DNA of 64,000 bases. Origin: Alphaproteobacteria bacterium (GTDB lineage Bacteria; Pseudomonadota; Alphaproteobacteria; M2410). The translations under genes and the position numbers were made by a program. Within the stretch, counting starts at the first letter, position 1, and each line of letters starts with the position of its first letter. Of the stretch, positions 48,560 through 57,867 are shown in pieces. Location: assembly GCA_030614785.1 (NCBI GenBank), contig JAUWTJ010000010.1, forward strand, positions 615-64,614, in the 5' to 3' direction. The notes beneath the pieces were generated by a model. It was not told the DNA's origin. It made no database searches and worked only from the letters and a program-made list of their open reading frames with translations.

Positions 48560-49067
48560 CTGCAATCCTTTCTTGCCACAACGGGCTCGGCTTCAAGGTC
48601 ACGTCGCGAATATCACTGCCCTCCCGGGTCTCAAGCACCAGATCAAGACGCTCGTCAGGCAACAGACTGGCCGCGCGTTCCGGCCATTCGATCAGCGAGA
48701 TCCCGTCATCCAGCGCCTCTTCAAAGCCAAGCTCCCAAATGTCACTGGCGGTTTCAAGCCGGTAAAGATCAAAATGCCAGATCGAAGGGCCTCCCGTTAC
48801 GGTTTCAGCCCCTCCGGGGGGAACATCATAAATCTGAACCAGGGTAAAGGTCGGGCTTGGCACGTCAAAGTCCGCCGCAGGCTCGCCGCCGCGCACGCAA
48901 GCCTTGCGAATAAAGCCGCGCGCCAGAACCGTCTTGCCCGCCCCCAGATCGCCGCGCAGCGTGATGACATCCCCGGCCTCGGCGAGCTGATAGAGCCGTC
49001 CGCCAAAATCCATCATGGCGGCCTCATCGACAATCTCAACTACACGGGTTTGCGGCGCTGCAGACAA
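48543..49067 (-). CDS. tsaE: tRNA t6A biosynthesis ATPase TsaE
   Basis: GDLGAGKT, SPTFTLVQIY, HFDLYRL, LIEWPER. Confidence 0.96.
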   Translation of the reverse strand: MSAAPQTRVVEIVDEAAMMDFGGRLYQLAEAGDVITLRGDLGAGKTVLARGFIRKACVRGGEPAADFDVPSPTFTLVQIYDVPPGGAETVTGGPSIWHFDLYRLETASDIWELGFEEALDDGISLIEWPERAASLLPDERLDLVLETREGSDIRDVTLKPSPLWQERIADVSTG

Positions 49068-49242
49068 ACTGACACTCTCTTTGAAATTCTGTGATCCATG
49101 CCCGGTTGCGAGCCACTTAACTCACCGAAATACTTGATTCTGATGAAACGTTTCGACATTGTACCGACGTAATCGGGCGCGGCCGTCCTTCAGGCCCATA
49201 CCTGCCCACATATACACTGAATCGCGAGACCCAGAGCCAATA

Positions 49243-50484
49243 ATGACAGATGCAGCAACATCCCCAAACGAGACCTATGTCATCGTCGGTGCAGGCCATG
49301 CCGCCGGGCAGCTTGCCGCCAGCCTGAGACAGGAGGGCTTTGAAGGAAAGATCGTCCTGGTCGGCGAGGAAGCCCAGCTGCCCTACCAGCGCCCGCCGCT
49401 TTCCAAGAAATATCTCTCCGGCGAATTCGGCCTTGAGCGGGTTTATTTCAAGCCACCGGACTTCTATGACGCAGCCAAGGTAGAAACCCGTCTGGCAACG
49501 CGGGTCACGAGGATTGATCGTGATGCAAAAACGCTCACCCTCGAGTCTGGCGATACCCTCGGCTATAACAAGCTGGCGCTGACCACCGGCAGCCGCGTGC
49601 GCAAGCTTCCCATCCTGGGCGCTGACCTCGCAGGCACTCATTATCTGCGCACCGTCGATGATGTTGACGGCATGCGCTCCGGCTTCGAGCCGGGCAAGTC
49701 ACTGGTCATCATTGGCGGCGGTTATATCGGCCTCGAAGTTGCTGCTGTCGCCACAAGTCACGGCCTCAAGGTGACCGTTCTGGAAATGGAATCCCGGGTC
49801 CTGAAGCGCGTCACCAGCCCCGAGCTCTCAGGCTTCTTTGAAGAAGTCCATTGCACCAGGGGCGTTGAAATCAAGTGCAAAACGGCGATTGCCGCCTTTG
49901 AGAGCGGCAGCGATGGCAAACTCGCTTTTGCGGTGACGGCAGACGGCGAGAAAATTCCCGCTGACATCGCCCTTCTGGGTGTCGGTATTTTGCCCAACAC
50001 CGAGCTCGCCGCAGAGGCCGGCCTTGAAGCGCAAAACGGCGTCCGGGTTGACGAATTTTGCCGCACCGCAGACCCGGACATCTTTGCTGCGGGCGATTGT
50101 ACCGATCACCCAAGCGCGCTTTACGATCGCCGTATCCGGCTTGAAAGCGTGCACAACGCTCTGGAACAGGCCAAGACAGCAGCCGCTGCCATGTGCGGCA
50201 ACCTCAAGGCCTATGATCAGGTGCCGTGGTTCTGGTCCGACCAGTATGATCTCAAACTACAAATCGCAGGCCTCTCGACGGGTTATGACACGGTGGTCCA
50301 GCGCGGCGATCCGGCAACAAACAAGTTTGCACTTTTCTATCTCAAGGACAGTGTACTGATCGCCGTTGACGCGGTGAACGCGGCACCGGAATATATGATG
50401 GGCCGCCGCCTCATTGGCGATCGGGCAATAATTGCACCCGAACGGCTCTCCGACACCTCCATTTCCATGAAGGAAATGGTCTAG
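49243..50484 (+). CDS. FAD-dependent ferredoxin reductase
   Basis: [56 protein letters not shown]. Confidence 0.93.
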   Translation: MTDAATSPNETYVIVGAGHAAGQLAASLRQEGFEGKIVLVGEEAQLPYQRPPLSKKYLSGEFGLERVYFKPPDFYDAAKVETRLATRVTRIDRDAKTLTLESGDTLGYNKLALTTGSRVRKLPILGADLAGTHYLRTVDDVDGMRSGFEPGKSLVIIGGGYIGLEVAAVATSHGLKVTVLEMESRVLKRVTSPELSGFFEEVHCTRGVEIKCKTAIAAFESGSDGKLAFAVTADGEKIPADIALLGVGILPNTELAAEAGLEAQNGVRVDEFCRTADPDIFAAGDCTDHPSALYDRRIRLESVHNALEQAKTAAAAMCGNLKAYDQVPWFWSDQYDLKLQIAGLSTGYDTVVQRGDPATNKFALFYLKDSVLIAVDAVNAAPEYMMGRRLIGDRAIIAPERLSDTSISMKEMV

Positions 50485-50516
50485 ATTTCAACGAAAAAAC
50501 AAGACAGGGAAACCCC

Positions 50517-50837
50517 GTGGCGAAAATTACCTACATTGAACATTCCGGAAAAATCCATGAGATTGAAGTCGAAAACGGCCTCTCCGTAATGGAAGGGGCA
50601 GTCAACAATCTCGTCCCCGGCCTTGACGCAGACTGCGGCGGTGCCTGCGCCTGCGCCACCTGCCATTGCTATGTGGAGCCCGAATGGCGCGCCAAAACCG
50701 GCGAGATTGGCGACATGGAAGAAACCATGCTGGACTTTGCCGAGGCCCGCCAGGAAGGCAGCCGCCTGTCCTGCCAGATCAAGGTATCAGACGAGCTCGA
50801 CGGCCTCGTCGTCAAATTGCCTGAAGCCCAGTTCTGA
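50517..50837 (+). CDS. [2Fe-2S] ferredoxin (putidaredoxin type)
   Basis: [19 protein letters not shown]. Confidence 0.95.
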   Translation: MAKITYIEHSGKIHEIEVENGLSVMEGAVNNLVPGLDADCGGACACATCHCYVEPEWRAKTGEIGDMEETMLDFAEARQEGSRLSCQIKVSDELDGLVVKLPEAQF

Positions 50838-50938
50838 GCCCCTGGCGGCGCAACCGGCCCGAACGACAAAACTCAAAAACTGTGCTAAACACGTGGAAAC
50901 CGGGCCGTTAGCGCCAGGAAAGCCAAAGGGAGATAATT

Positions 50939-52204
50939 ATGGGCGACAGTACGATCAGTGTGAAGGACAAGGCGCGGGCCGAGGCTTATGCCATGCCACT
51001 CGACAAGATCAACGTAGCCCAGCCCGCGCTCTTCCAGTCCGGCACCATGTGGCCCTACTTCGAGCGCCTGCGCAACGAAGACCCGGTCCACTACTGCGCC
51101 GAAAACGAGTTCGGCCCCTATTGGTCGATCACCAAATTCGATGACATTATGGCGGTCGACACCAATCACGAGGTGTTCTCCTCTGAAGCCTCGCTCGGCG
51201 GTATCGGCATTGCCGGTGAGGCCGGTGCCGAAGATCCCCTGCGCATGTTCATTGCCATGGATCGCCCACGCCATGACGTGCAGCGCAAGACCGTCAGCCC
51301 GATCGTCTCGCCCGCCAATCTGCAGACCATGGAACCAATCATTCGCGGCTGGGCCGGAGAGATCCTCGACGGCCTGCCAATCGGTGAGGAGTTCGACTGG
51401 GTCGACCGGGTTTCCATCGAACTGACCACGTCGATGCTGGCCACCCTGTTTGACTTTCCCTTCGAGGAGCGCCGCCGCCTGACCCGCTGGTCGGACGTCG
51501 TCACTGCGATCCCCGGCCACGGCATCGTTGATACGCTTGAGCAGAAGATGGAAGAGATCCGCGAGTGTTTTGAGTGCTTCAACGGACTGTGGAACGAGCG
51601 CGTCAACGCACCGCCCAAGGGCGACCTTATATCCATGCTGGCCCACGGCGAGGCCACCAGGCATATGGAGCCGCGCGAATACCACGGCAACGTCATCCTC
51701 CTCATCGTCGGCGGCAATGACACCACCCGCAACACCATTACCGGCAGCGTTGTCGCTCTTAATGAAAACCCTGATCAATATCAAAAACTGCGCGACAATC
51801 CCGAGCTGATCACCTCAATGGTGTCCGAAACCATTCGCTGGCAAACCCCGCTCGCCTATATGCGCCGCACCGCCCTGAAAGATATCGAGTTTCAGGGCAA
51901 GCAGATCAAGAAGGGCGACAAGGTCGTCATGTGGTACGTCTCGGGCAACCGCGATGAAACCGCCATCGACAATCCCGACGCCTACATCATCGACCGCGCC
52001 AACCCGCGCAAGCACATCTCCTTCGGCTTCGGCATCCACCGCTGCGTCGGCAACCGCCTCGCCGAACTGCAGTTGACCATCATCTGGGAAGAAATCCTCA
52101 AACGCTTCCCCGAAATCAAGGTCGTCGAGGAGCCGAAGCGAACCTATTCGTCGTTTGTGAAGGGCTATGAGAATCTGAAGGTCATTATTCCTTCGCGATA
52201 TTAG
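50939..52204 (+). CDS. Cytochrome P450, CYP153 family (alkane omega-hydroxylase type)
   Basis: FIAMDRPRHDVQRKTVSP, LLIVGGNDTTRN, IRWQTPLAYMRR, FGFGIHRCVGNRLAE. Confidence 0.92.
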   Translation: MGDSTISVKDKARAEAYAMPLDKINVAQPALFQSGTMWPYFERLRNEDPVHYCAENEFGPYWSITKFDDIMAVDTNHEVFSSEASLGGIGIAGEAGAEDPLRMFIAMDRPRHDVQRKTVSPIVSPANLQTMEPIIRGWAGEILDGLPIGEEFDWVDRVSIELTTSMLATLFDFPFEERRRLTRWSDVVTAIPGHGIVDTLEQKMEEIRECFECFNGLWNERVNAPPKGDLISMLAHGEATRHMEPREYHGNVILLIVGGNDTTRNTITGSVVALNENPDQYQKLRDNPELITSMVSETIRWQTPLAYMRRTALKDIEFQGKQIKKGDKVVMWYVSGNRDETAIDNPDAYIIDRANPRKHISFGFGIHRCVGNRLAELQLTIIWEEILKRFPEIKVVEEPKRTYSSFVKGYENLKVIIPSRY

Positions 52205-52356
52205 TCGCGCTTCGGTTTTCGCATACCGGGCTGGAAAAAGATCTCACCCCAGGGCAGCTGCGTAGCATCTGCTTCAAAGGACGAAAGACCCGGACATCTG
52301 CTTTCGAGTGAACTCCGAGCCTGTACTGTAGTGTCGGATTGAATCTCATATTAGCC

Positions 52357-52503
52357 GAGGCTGTTGAAGAACTATTTCGCGACACACTAAACGAAACAAT
52401 GGTTCTTGCGAGAGTCTGGTTGCGCAATATTGATTCGTGTAAGTGGGTATTACAGTGCCGATCTTGCGTCTCAGCTATCCAAAAATAGTTCTTCAACAGC
52501 CTC
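52357..52503. mobile_element. 147-bp MITE with perfect 21-bp TIRs and a 4-bp AGCC target duplication
   Basis: GAGGCTGTTGAAGAACTATTT (52357-52377) and its reverse complement (52483-52503); AGCC at 52353-52356 and 52504-52507. Confidence 0.85.
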
Positions 52504-52648
52504 AGCCATGAACGGACGTCGATATCCAGCCTCGGATGAGGTCTTTATCACTCTCAGCCAGGAGCAGACCTTACATCGCGCGCTCATCCGAACAGGTCAT
52601 TGTTCTACTATATGAGCGGCGCTTCGAGAGCAGTCTTTCAGACTGATG

Positions 52649-53497
52649 TCAATCTGGCATGAGGGCGTGTTCGGCCAAATGTCCCAACAACATGCCGGTC
52701 AGTTTCTCAGGCGCCGCCTGGAGGATCGGCTGATGTACATTTTCGAGCACTTCAAAACGGTAAGGGCCCGTCACCTGGTTTGCATTGGCCTCAGCCGCCG
52801 CGCGTGAAATGTTCCCGGAGCCGGGAGGCCAGATGAAGAGGGTCGGCATGGGCACCGGGGCGAGGCGATCGCGCTGCCACAGAGGAATGGCGCGGTAATA
52901 ATTGTAGACAGCCTCAAGAGCTTCATCCGAATCGAGAGCCTTGCGGTACGGATCGGTTTCCTCCGGCGGCATGCCTTGTTTGTCCAGCATGCGATGGAAC
53001 ATGGCCCGCTCATTGCCATCCTTGCTGGAGTCCTTGAAATAGCTGAATTTTTCCCGCTGTTCCTCGGAGTTCTTTTCGGATTTTTGTGCAGCTTCAAAGA
53101 ACGCACCCTGGTGCGGAATGTTGAGACAGGCGAGTGTCAGTACCCGTTCAGGAGTGTTCGCAGCCAGTCGCCAGGCCATAGTGGCGCCGATACTGGTTCC
53201 CATGAGGTGGAAGGGTGTTCCCTCCCCGCCGAGCGCGTCGGCAATTTCACGAATATCCTGAGCGTATTCCTGCACGTGGTAGGCTTCGACGCCTTCTGGC
53301 CTGGCACCGGGACAAAACCCGCGCAGGTCAGGCGCCACGACGCGAAATCCCATCGCCGCCATAGGCGGTATCTGGTGGTGCCATTCCCAACTGTTTCGCG
53401 GAAGGCCGTGCAACAGGATCAGCAAGGGCCCTTCTTCGGGGCCATCGGCCAGTGCCGTAAAGGTAAGGCCCCGTGCTTCTATTTCGATAGTTTTCAC
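52649..53497 (-). CDS. Alpha/beta hydrolase (epoxide-hydrolase-like fold, Ser nucleophile)
   Basis: LLHGLP, VAPDLRGF, GTSIG, C-terminal VHQP. Confidence 0.85.
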   Translation of the reverse strand: MKTIEIEARGLTFTALADGPEEGPLLILLHGLPRNSWEWHHQIPPMAAMGFRVVAPDLRGFCPGARPEGVEAYHVQEYAQDIREIADALGGEGTPFHLMGTSIGATMAWRLAANTPERVLTLACLNIPHQGAFFEAAQKSEKNSEEQREKFSYFKDSSKDGNERAMFHRMLDKQGMPPEETDPYRKALDSDEALEAVYNYYRAIPLWQRDRLAPVPMPTLFIWPPGSGNISRAAAEANANQVTGPYRFEVLENVHQPILQAAPEKLTGMLLGHLAEHALMPD

Positions 53498-53577
53498 TGT
53501 CGTTCTCCAAATGATGGCTTATCACTACCAGGCCGGACGACAAACATGGTCAACCAGCGTCATGTCCGCTTTGGGTT

Positions 53578-53640
53578 GCGGATTCAATTGGTCGCTGCAA
53601 CACAGGCATTGAATCTCTCAGCGGGCGTTTCGTATTGCAG
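53578..53640 (-). mobile_element. Right-end scar of an IS30-family element
   Basis: Minus strand reads LQYETPAERFNACVAATN-stop, matching the typical IS30 transposase C-terminus (..ETPAERFNACVASTG), followed by ATCCGC. Confidence 0.65.
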
Positions 53641-53683
53641 GGGATCATCTGGCCCCTTTCATCAAGCCGCGCTCAAATGTTCC

Positions 53684-53926
53684 TTATCCCCCCTTGATTC
53701 GGGGGATCAGGACGACATCAGCATCTGGCGGTATTTCTTTCGTCCAGTCGTCCCGGTAAATGTCGCCATTGATCGCTACAGCAATGCCCTCGTCGAGATG
53801 GGCCTGCATTTGCGGATAGCGCTCCACCAGCCGGGTGAGCAGTTCACGGATGGTCGATGCCTCGATTTCAAGTGTTGAGGCACCGCCCGCTCCGGCGCGA
53901 AGAGAACTGCTGATATCAACTTGCAT
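53684..53926 (-). CDS. MoaD/ThiS family sulfur carrier
   Basis: TIRELLTRL, AVAINGD, C-terminal IPRIKGG; overlaps the end of the Mo-subunit gene. Confidence 0.85.
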   Translation of the reverse strand: MQVDISSSLRAGAGGASTLEIEASTIRELLTRLVERYPQMQAHLDEGIAVAINGDIYRDDWTKEIPPDADVVLIPRIKGG

Positions 53927-56183
53927 TGTCCAGATCATCCAGGGCCGCAAGCACGCGCTGAGGCGACATCGGCACTTGTGTCATCCGAACGCCTACAGCA
54001 TTGGCAATGGCGTTGCTGACCGCTGCCAGTGGCGGAACGATTGACGTTTCGCCAACACCGCGAATGCCGTACGGGTGGTTCGGATTGGGGATTTCAAGAA
54101 TCTTCGTGTCGATGAACGGCAAGTCCGAACACACCGGAATCCGATAGTCGAGGAACCCGGCGTTCTGCAAGCGCCCGTCTTCACCATAGATGTATTCCTC
54201 GTTGAGGGCCCAGCCGATACCCTGAGCGGCGGCACCCTGGAACTGGCCTTCCACATAATCGAGATGAATGGCCTTGCCGGCATCCTGAACCACCGTATAG
54301 CGGACCACCCTGGCAGCCCCTGTTTCGGGGTCAACCTCGACGTCGCAGATATGGCTTGCAAACCCGTTGCCGGCGCCGTCGGCGGTGATTTCATTGTGGC
54401 CGGCGATCGGCCCGCCGGTATTGTGAGATTTTGCAGCAATTTCTTTCAGGGACAAGGTCGGAAGATTGCCGTGTTTTTTACCTGTGGCTCTGGCCACGCC
54501 ATTTTCCCAGACGATGTCCTCGACGGGAATATCCCACATCTTTGCAGCACGTTCCTTCATCACGTCAATGGCGTCGCGAGCTGCGAAGATGGTCGCCATG
54601 CCTGAGGAGAAGGTGCCGCGGCTGCCTTCTGTTGTGTCATTGTGACCCAGAGACGCCGAATCGCCGATATTGACCCTGACCCGGTCATAAGGCACACCCA
54701 GTTCTTCCGCAGCAATCATCGCGAGGGAAGCACGCGCGCCGCCAACATCGACGGTTCCAACTGTGAGATTGACTGTTCCGTCGGTGCCAATGTTGAGGTC
54801 AGTACACGTCTGACCGCCAATATTGAACCAGAAGCCGCAGGCCACACCCCTAGCCTGGTTCTTCTTGAGCTTTGCTTTCATGTGCGGATGGTCTCTCACC
54901 GCCTCCAGTGTTGGTTCAATACCGATGGGACCGTATATAGGGCCGTAGGGCGCGCGGGTTCCTTCGCGCGCCACATTCTTGAGGCGGAAATCAACTGAAT
55001 CCATGCCAATCTCTTTGGCCACCATATCCATGGTGCTTTCGATCGCAAAAGCCGCCATTGGTGCAGATGGTGCCCGGTAGGCGGTACTCTTTGGTCGATT
55101 GACAACCACATCCCAACCCACGGCCTTCATATTCTTGATGTCATAGCAGGCAAACCCGGTCATGCAGCCAAGCATCGCCCAGGGTCCTGGGAACGCCCCG
55201 CCCTGATAACGCAATTCTGCACTTGCGGCAGTAATCGTTCCATTCTTCTTTGCGCCAATTTTCACATCAATCGAGGTCGACGACGTCGGCCCTGTCGCCC
55301 TGAAGACTTCATCACGGTTCATAACCAGTTTGACAGGCCGGTTCGCCTTGCGCGAAAGGGCAAGGGCCACCGGTTCTCCCCAGACATGAGTCTTGCCACC
55401 AAAGCCGCCGCCAATTTCCGACGACGTGGTCTTGAGCGCGGCGAAGTCCAGACCTAAAAGCGCAGCACAGGTATTGCGAAAGGAAAAATGCCCCTGGGTC
55501 GTGACCCAGAGTTCCGCTGAGCCGTCAGGATTAACCGATGCGAGGCACGCGTGGGGCTCAATATAACCCTGGTGCGTCTGGCCGGTCTTGAAGGACTTTT
55601 CGACAATAACGTCTGCGTCCTTAAATCCCGCTTCGACGTCCCCGTTGCCCATCTCTGTGCGGCCAGCGATGTTCGAGGGCTTTGTCGGCTTCGGGTCAAC
55701 ACCGGAGGTGAAGATCCAGTCGTGAAGCAGTGGCGCATCAGGCTTCATCGCCTCGTCCACATCAGTGACATGGGGCAGCACCTTATACTCGACTTCGATG
55801 AGCTTGAGGGCCTTTCTGGCTGTCTGTTCATCAACAGCAGCAACGGCCGCAACCGCGTGACCATCATACAGCGCCCGGCCTCTGGCCATGCAGTTTTCAA
55901 GAATGTTCTGCAACCCGATGTCGCCATTTGTCAGATCAGGAAGGTCTTTCGACGTGATGATCGCCTTGACGCCCGGCAGCTTTTCAGCCTTTGCGGTGTT
56001 GATCTTCTTGATCTTTGCGTGGGCGTGAGGCGAGCGCAGGATGCGGCCAACAAGCTGGCCAGGAGCAAAGGTATCGGCGCCATAGCGGGCTTTGCCGGTG
56101 ACCTTTTCTACTCCATCGGGGCGCTTGAACCGATTGCCGACGACCTCAAACTTGCGGTCTTTGTAACTTTGATCGTGAGCCAT
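53916..56183 (-). CDS. Xanthine dehydrogenase family molybdopterin-binding subunit (CoxL-like, not CO dehydrogenase)
   Basis: GVEKVTGKARYG, HQGYIEPHA, IGGGFGGK, AYRAPSA loop, GVGETSIVP. Confidence 0.92.
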   Translation of the reverse strand: MAHDQSYKDRKFEVVGNRFKRPDGVEKVTGKARYGADTFAPGQLVGRILRSPHAHAKIKKINTAKAEKLPGVKAIITSKDLPDLTNGDIGLQNILENCMARGRALYDGHAVAAVAAVDEQTARKALKLIEVEYKVLPHVTDVDEAMKPDAPLLHDWIFTSGVDPKPTKPSNIAGRTEMGNGDVEAGFKDADVIVEKSFKTGQTHQGYIEPHACLASVNPDGSAELWVTTQGHFSFRNTCAALLGLDFAALKTTSSEIGGGFGGKTHVWGEPVALALSRKANRPVKLVMNRDEVFRATGPTSSTSIDVKIGAKKNGTITAASAELRYQGGAFPGPWAMLGCMTGFACYDIKNMKAVGWDVVVNRPKSTAYRAPSAPMAAFAIESTMDMVAKEIGMDSVDFRLKNVAREGTRAPYGPIYGPIGIEPTLEAVRDHPHMKAKLKKNQARGVACGFWFNIGGQTCTDLNIGTDGTVNLTVGTVDVGGARASLAMIAAEELGVPYDRVRVNIGDSASLGHNDTTEGSRGTFSSGMATIFAARDAIDVMKERAAKMWDIPVEDIVWENGVARATGKKHGNLPTLSLKEIAAKSHNTGGPIAGHNEITADGAGNGFASHICDVEVDPETGAARVVRYTVVQDAGKAIHLDYVEGQFQGAAAQGIGWALNEEYIYGEDGRLQNAGFLDYRIPVCSDLPFIDTKILEIPNPNHPYGIRGVGETSIVPPLAAVSNAIANAVGVRMTQVPMSPQRVLAALDDLDNAS

Positions 56184-56192
56184 GGTGTTTCC

Positions 56193-56687
56193 CTATCCCT
56201 TTTTCTTTTTGGCTTTGCGCATGTCCTTGGCGGTCGCCTGAACCGCCCGAACAATCTTGTCGTAACCGGTGCATCGGCACAGGTTACCGGCCAGGGCATA
56301 GCGAATTTCGGTTTCACTCGGGTCCGGGTTTTTGTCGAGCAAGGCCTTGGCAGCAACAAGGAAACCGGGGGTGCACACGCCACATTGCAGCGCTGCATGC
56401 TCGATGAATTTTTCTTGCAGCGGATGCAATTCACCGTTCGTGGTTAGCCCCTCGACGGTGCCGACCTCGCGTCCGCTCGCCTCAACGCCGAGCACAAGGC
56501 AGGAGCACACAAGACGGCCATCCAGGGTTACGCTGCAGGCACCGCAATCGCCGGTGCCGCAGCCTTCCTTGACCCCGGTCAGACCAACGCGGTTGCGCAA
56601 GGCATCAAGCAGGGTTTCGTCATTGGGGCAGGCAAACTCTATCGAGTCGCCGTTTATAGTTGTCGATACTAGTGTGGAATCAGTCAT
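56193..56687 (-). CDS. (2Fe-2S)-binding small subunit (CoxS-like)
   Basis: GVKEGCGTGDCGACSV, QCGVCTPG, GNLCRCTGY. Confidence 0.95.
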   Translation of the reverse strand: MTDSTLVSTTINGDSIEFACPNDETLLDALRNRVGLTGVKEGCGTGDCGACSVTLDGRLVCSCLVLGVEASGREVGTVEGLTTNGELHPLQEKFIEHAALQCGVCTPGFLVAAKALLDKNPDPSETEIRYALAGNLCRCTGYDKIVRAVQATAKDMRKAKKKKG

Positions 56688-57544
56688 GCGGCGCTCCCCG
56701 CTCTTTTAAATGCTATCTTTGCTGCGCGCACGGCCATCACGCCGGCGATGCGGGTCCGGTATTCGGCTGAGCCTCGCTTGTCATCGATGGGTCGGCAGGC
56801 AGCTGAACAAGCAGCCGCCAGATTTTCCAACGCCTTCTTGTCCACTTTTGTCCCGATGAGGGCTTCCGCCGCTTCTGGCACCGTAATGGCCGTCGGGGCG
56901 ACGGCGCCAAGGACGACGCGTGCCTTGCTGACAAGACCTTTCTCGAGGGTCAGATTGATGCCGACGCCGACGACGGCGATATCCATTTCCGTGCGAGGGG
57001 TAAACCTGAGATAAGCGTCGCCCGAAGTTTTCGTCTGGTTCGGCAAAGTGATCGCCTCGATCACTTCCCCCTTCTTGAGGCAGGTCTTTCCCGGGCCTGT
57101 CGCAATGTTTTCCACCGCAATCGTGCGCCGCCCGTCCGCGCCAACAATGACCGCCTTCGCGCCAGCAGCAATGAGCGCCGGGACACTGTCTGCCGCAGGC
57201 GATGCATTGCAAAGGTTACCAACAACAGTGCACCGGCCCTGGACCTGATCGGAACCAATGAGATTTGCGGCCTCAACGACCCCGGGCCAGGCCTTTTTCA
57301 TAGCCTTGTGTTCCCCCAGTTCAGCGCAGGAAACCGCCGCCCCGATGCGAAATCCCGTCTTGCTCGTCTTGACGGTCCTCATGGCAGGAATGTGCTTGAT
57401 GTCGACCAGCAGGTCCGGCTCGATCATGCCCAGCTTCATTCCAACCAACAGGTCCGTGCCACCGGCCAGAACAAAGGCCTTGCCGCGCTCCTTTTTCAAC
57501 AATCCGACGACCTCTTTGATCGTCGTCGGCGATTCATATCTCAT
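56684..57544 (-). CDS. FAD-binding medium subunit (CoxM-like)
   Basis: LAGGTDLL, QVQGRCTVVGNLCNASPAAD, PIDDKRGSAEYR; start MRYESP (57544). Confidence 0.93.
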   Translation of the reverse strand: MRYESPTTIKEVVGLLKKERGKAFVLAGGTDLLVGMKLGMIEPDLLVDIKHIPAMRTVKTSKTGFRIGAAVSCAELGEHKAMKKAWPGVVEAANLIGSDQVQGRCTVVGNLCNASPAADSVPALIAAGAKAVIVGADGRRTIAVENIATGPGKTCLKKGEVIEAITLPNQTKTSGDAYLRFTPRTEMDIAVVGVGINLTLEKGLVSKARVVLGAVAPTAITVPEAAEALIGTKVDKKALENLAAACSAACRPIDDKRGSAEYRTRIAGVMAVRAAKIAFKRAGSAA

Positions 57545-57867
57545 TGTTGGCTTCGCTCCCAATTTTCCAGGTGCATATAATTGCACATTTTTTCTGCGGT
57601 CCTGCTGTGAAGTATTCAGCATATGTTTCTTCATTGCAACTTGACTGTATATAAATAAATTCATCGGGTGTCAGGGGATAACAGAAGCCTCCGGGGATCC
57701 CTCGAACAAATGCCGCGCGCAGTCCGCCAAAAATGATTTTGCCAGACTGCCATCAGGACCATCGCGATGGCCACCTCCTGCCCGCAGAAGACGCCCTGTT
57801 TGCGATCCTGCTGAAAATGAGTGCATACTCCGGAAAACCAATACTATCGAGTTCGGAGGACGTGACG

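Noticed and set aside
52185-52615. Short ORFs downstream of CYP153
   Set aside because: They cross the MITE and have no recognisable features.
53916-57544. Aerobic CO dehydrogenase (coxMSL) call
   Set aside because: The L subunit lacks the AYxCSFR Cu-binding motif, and no cox accessory genes are present.
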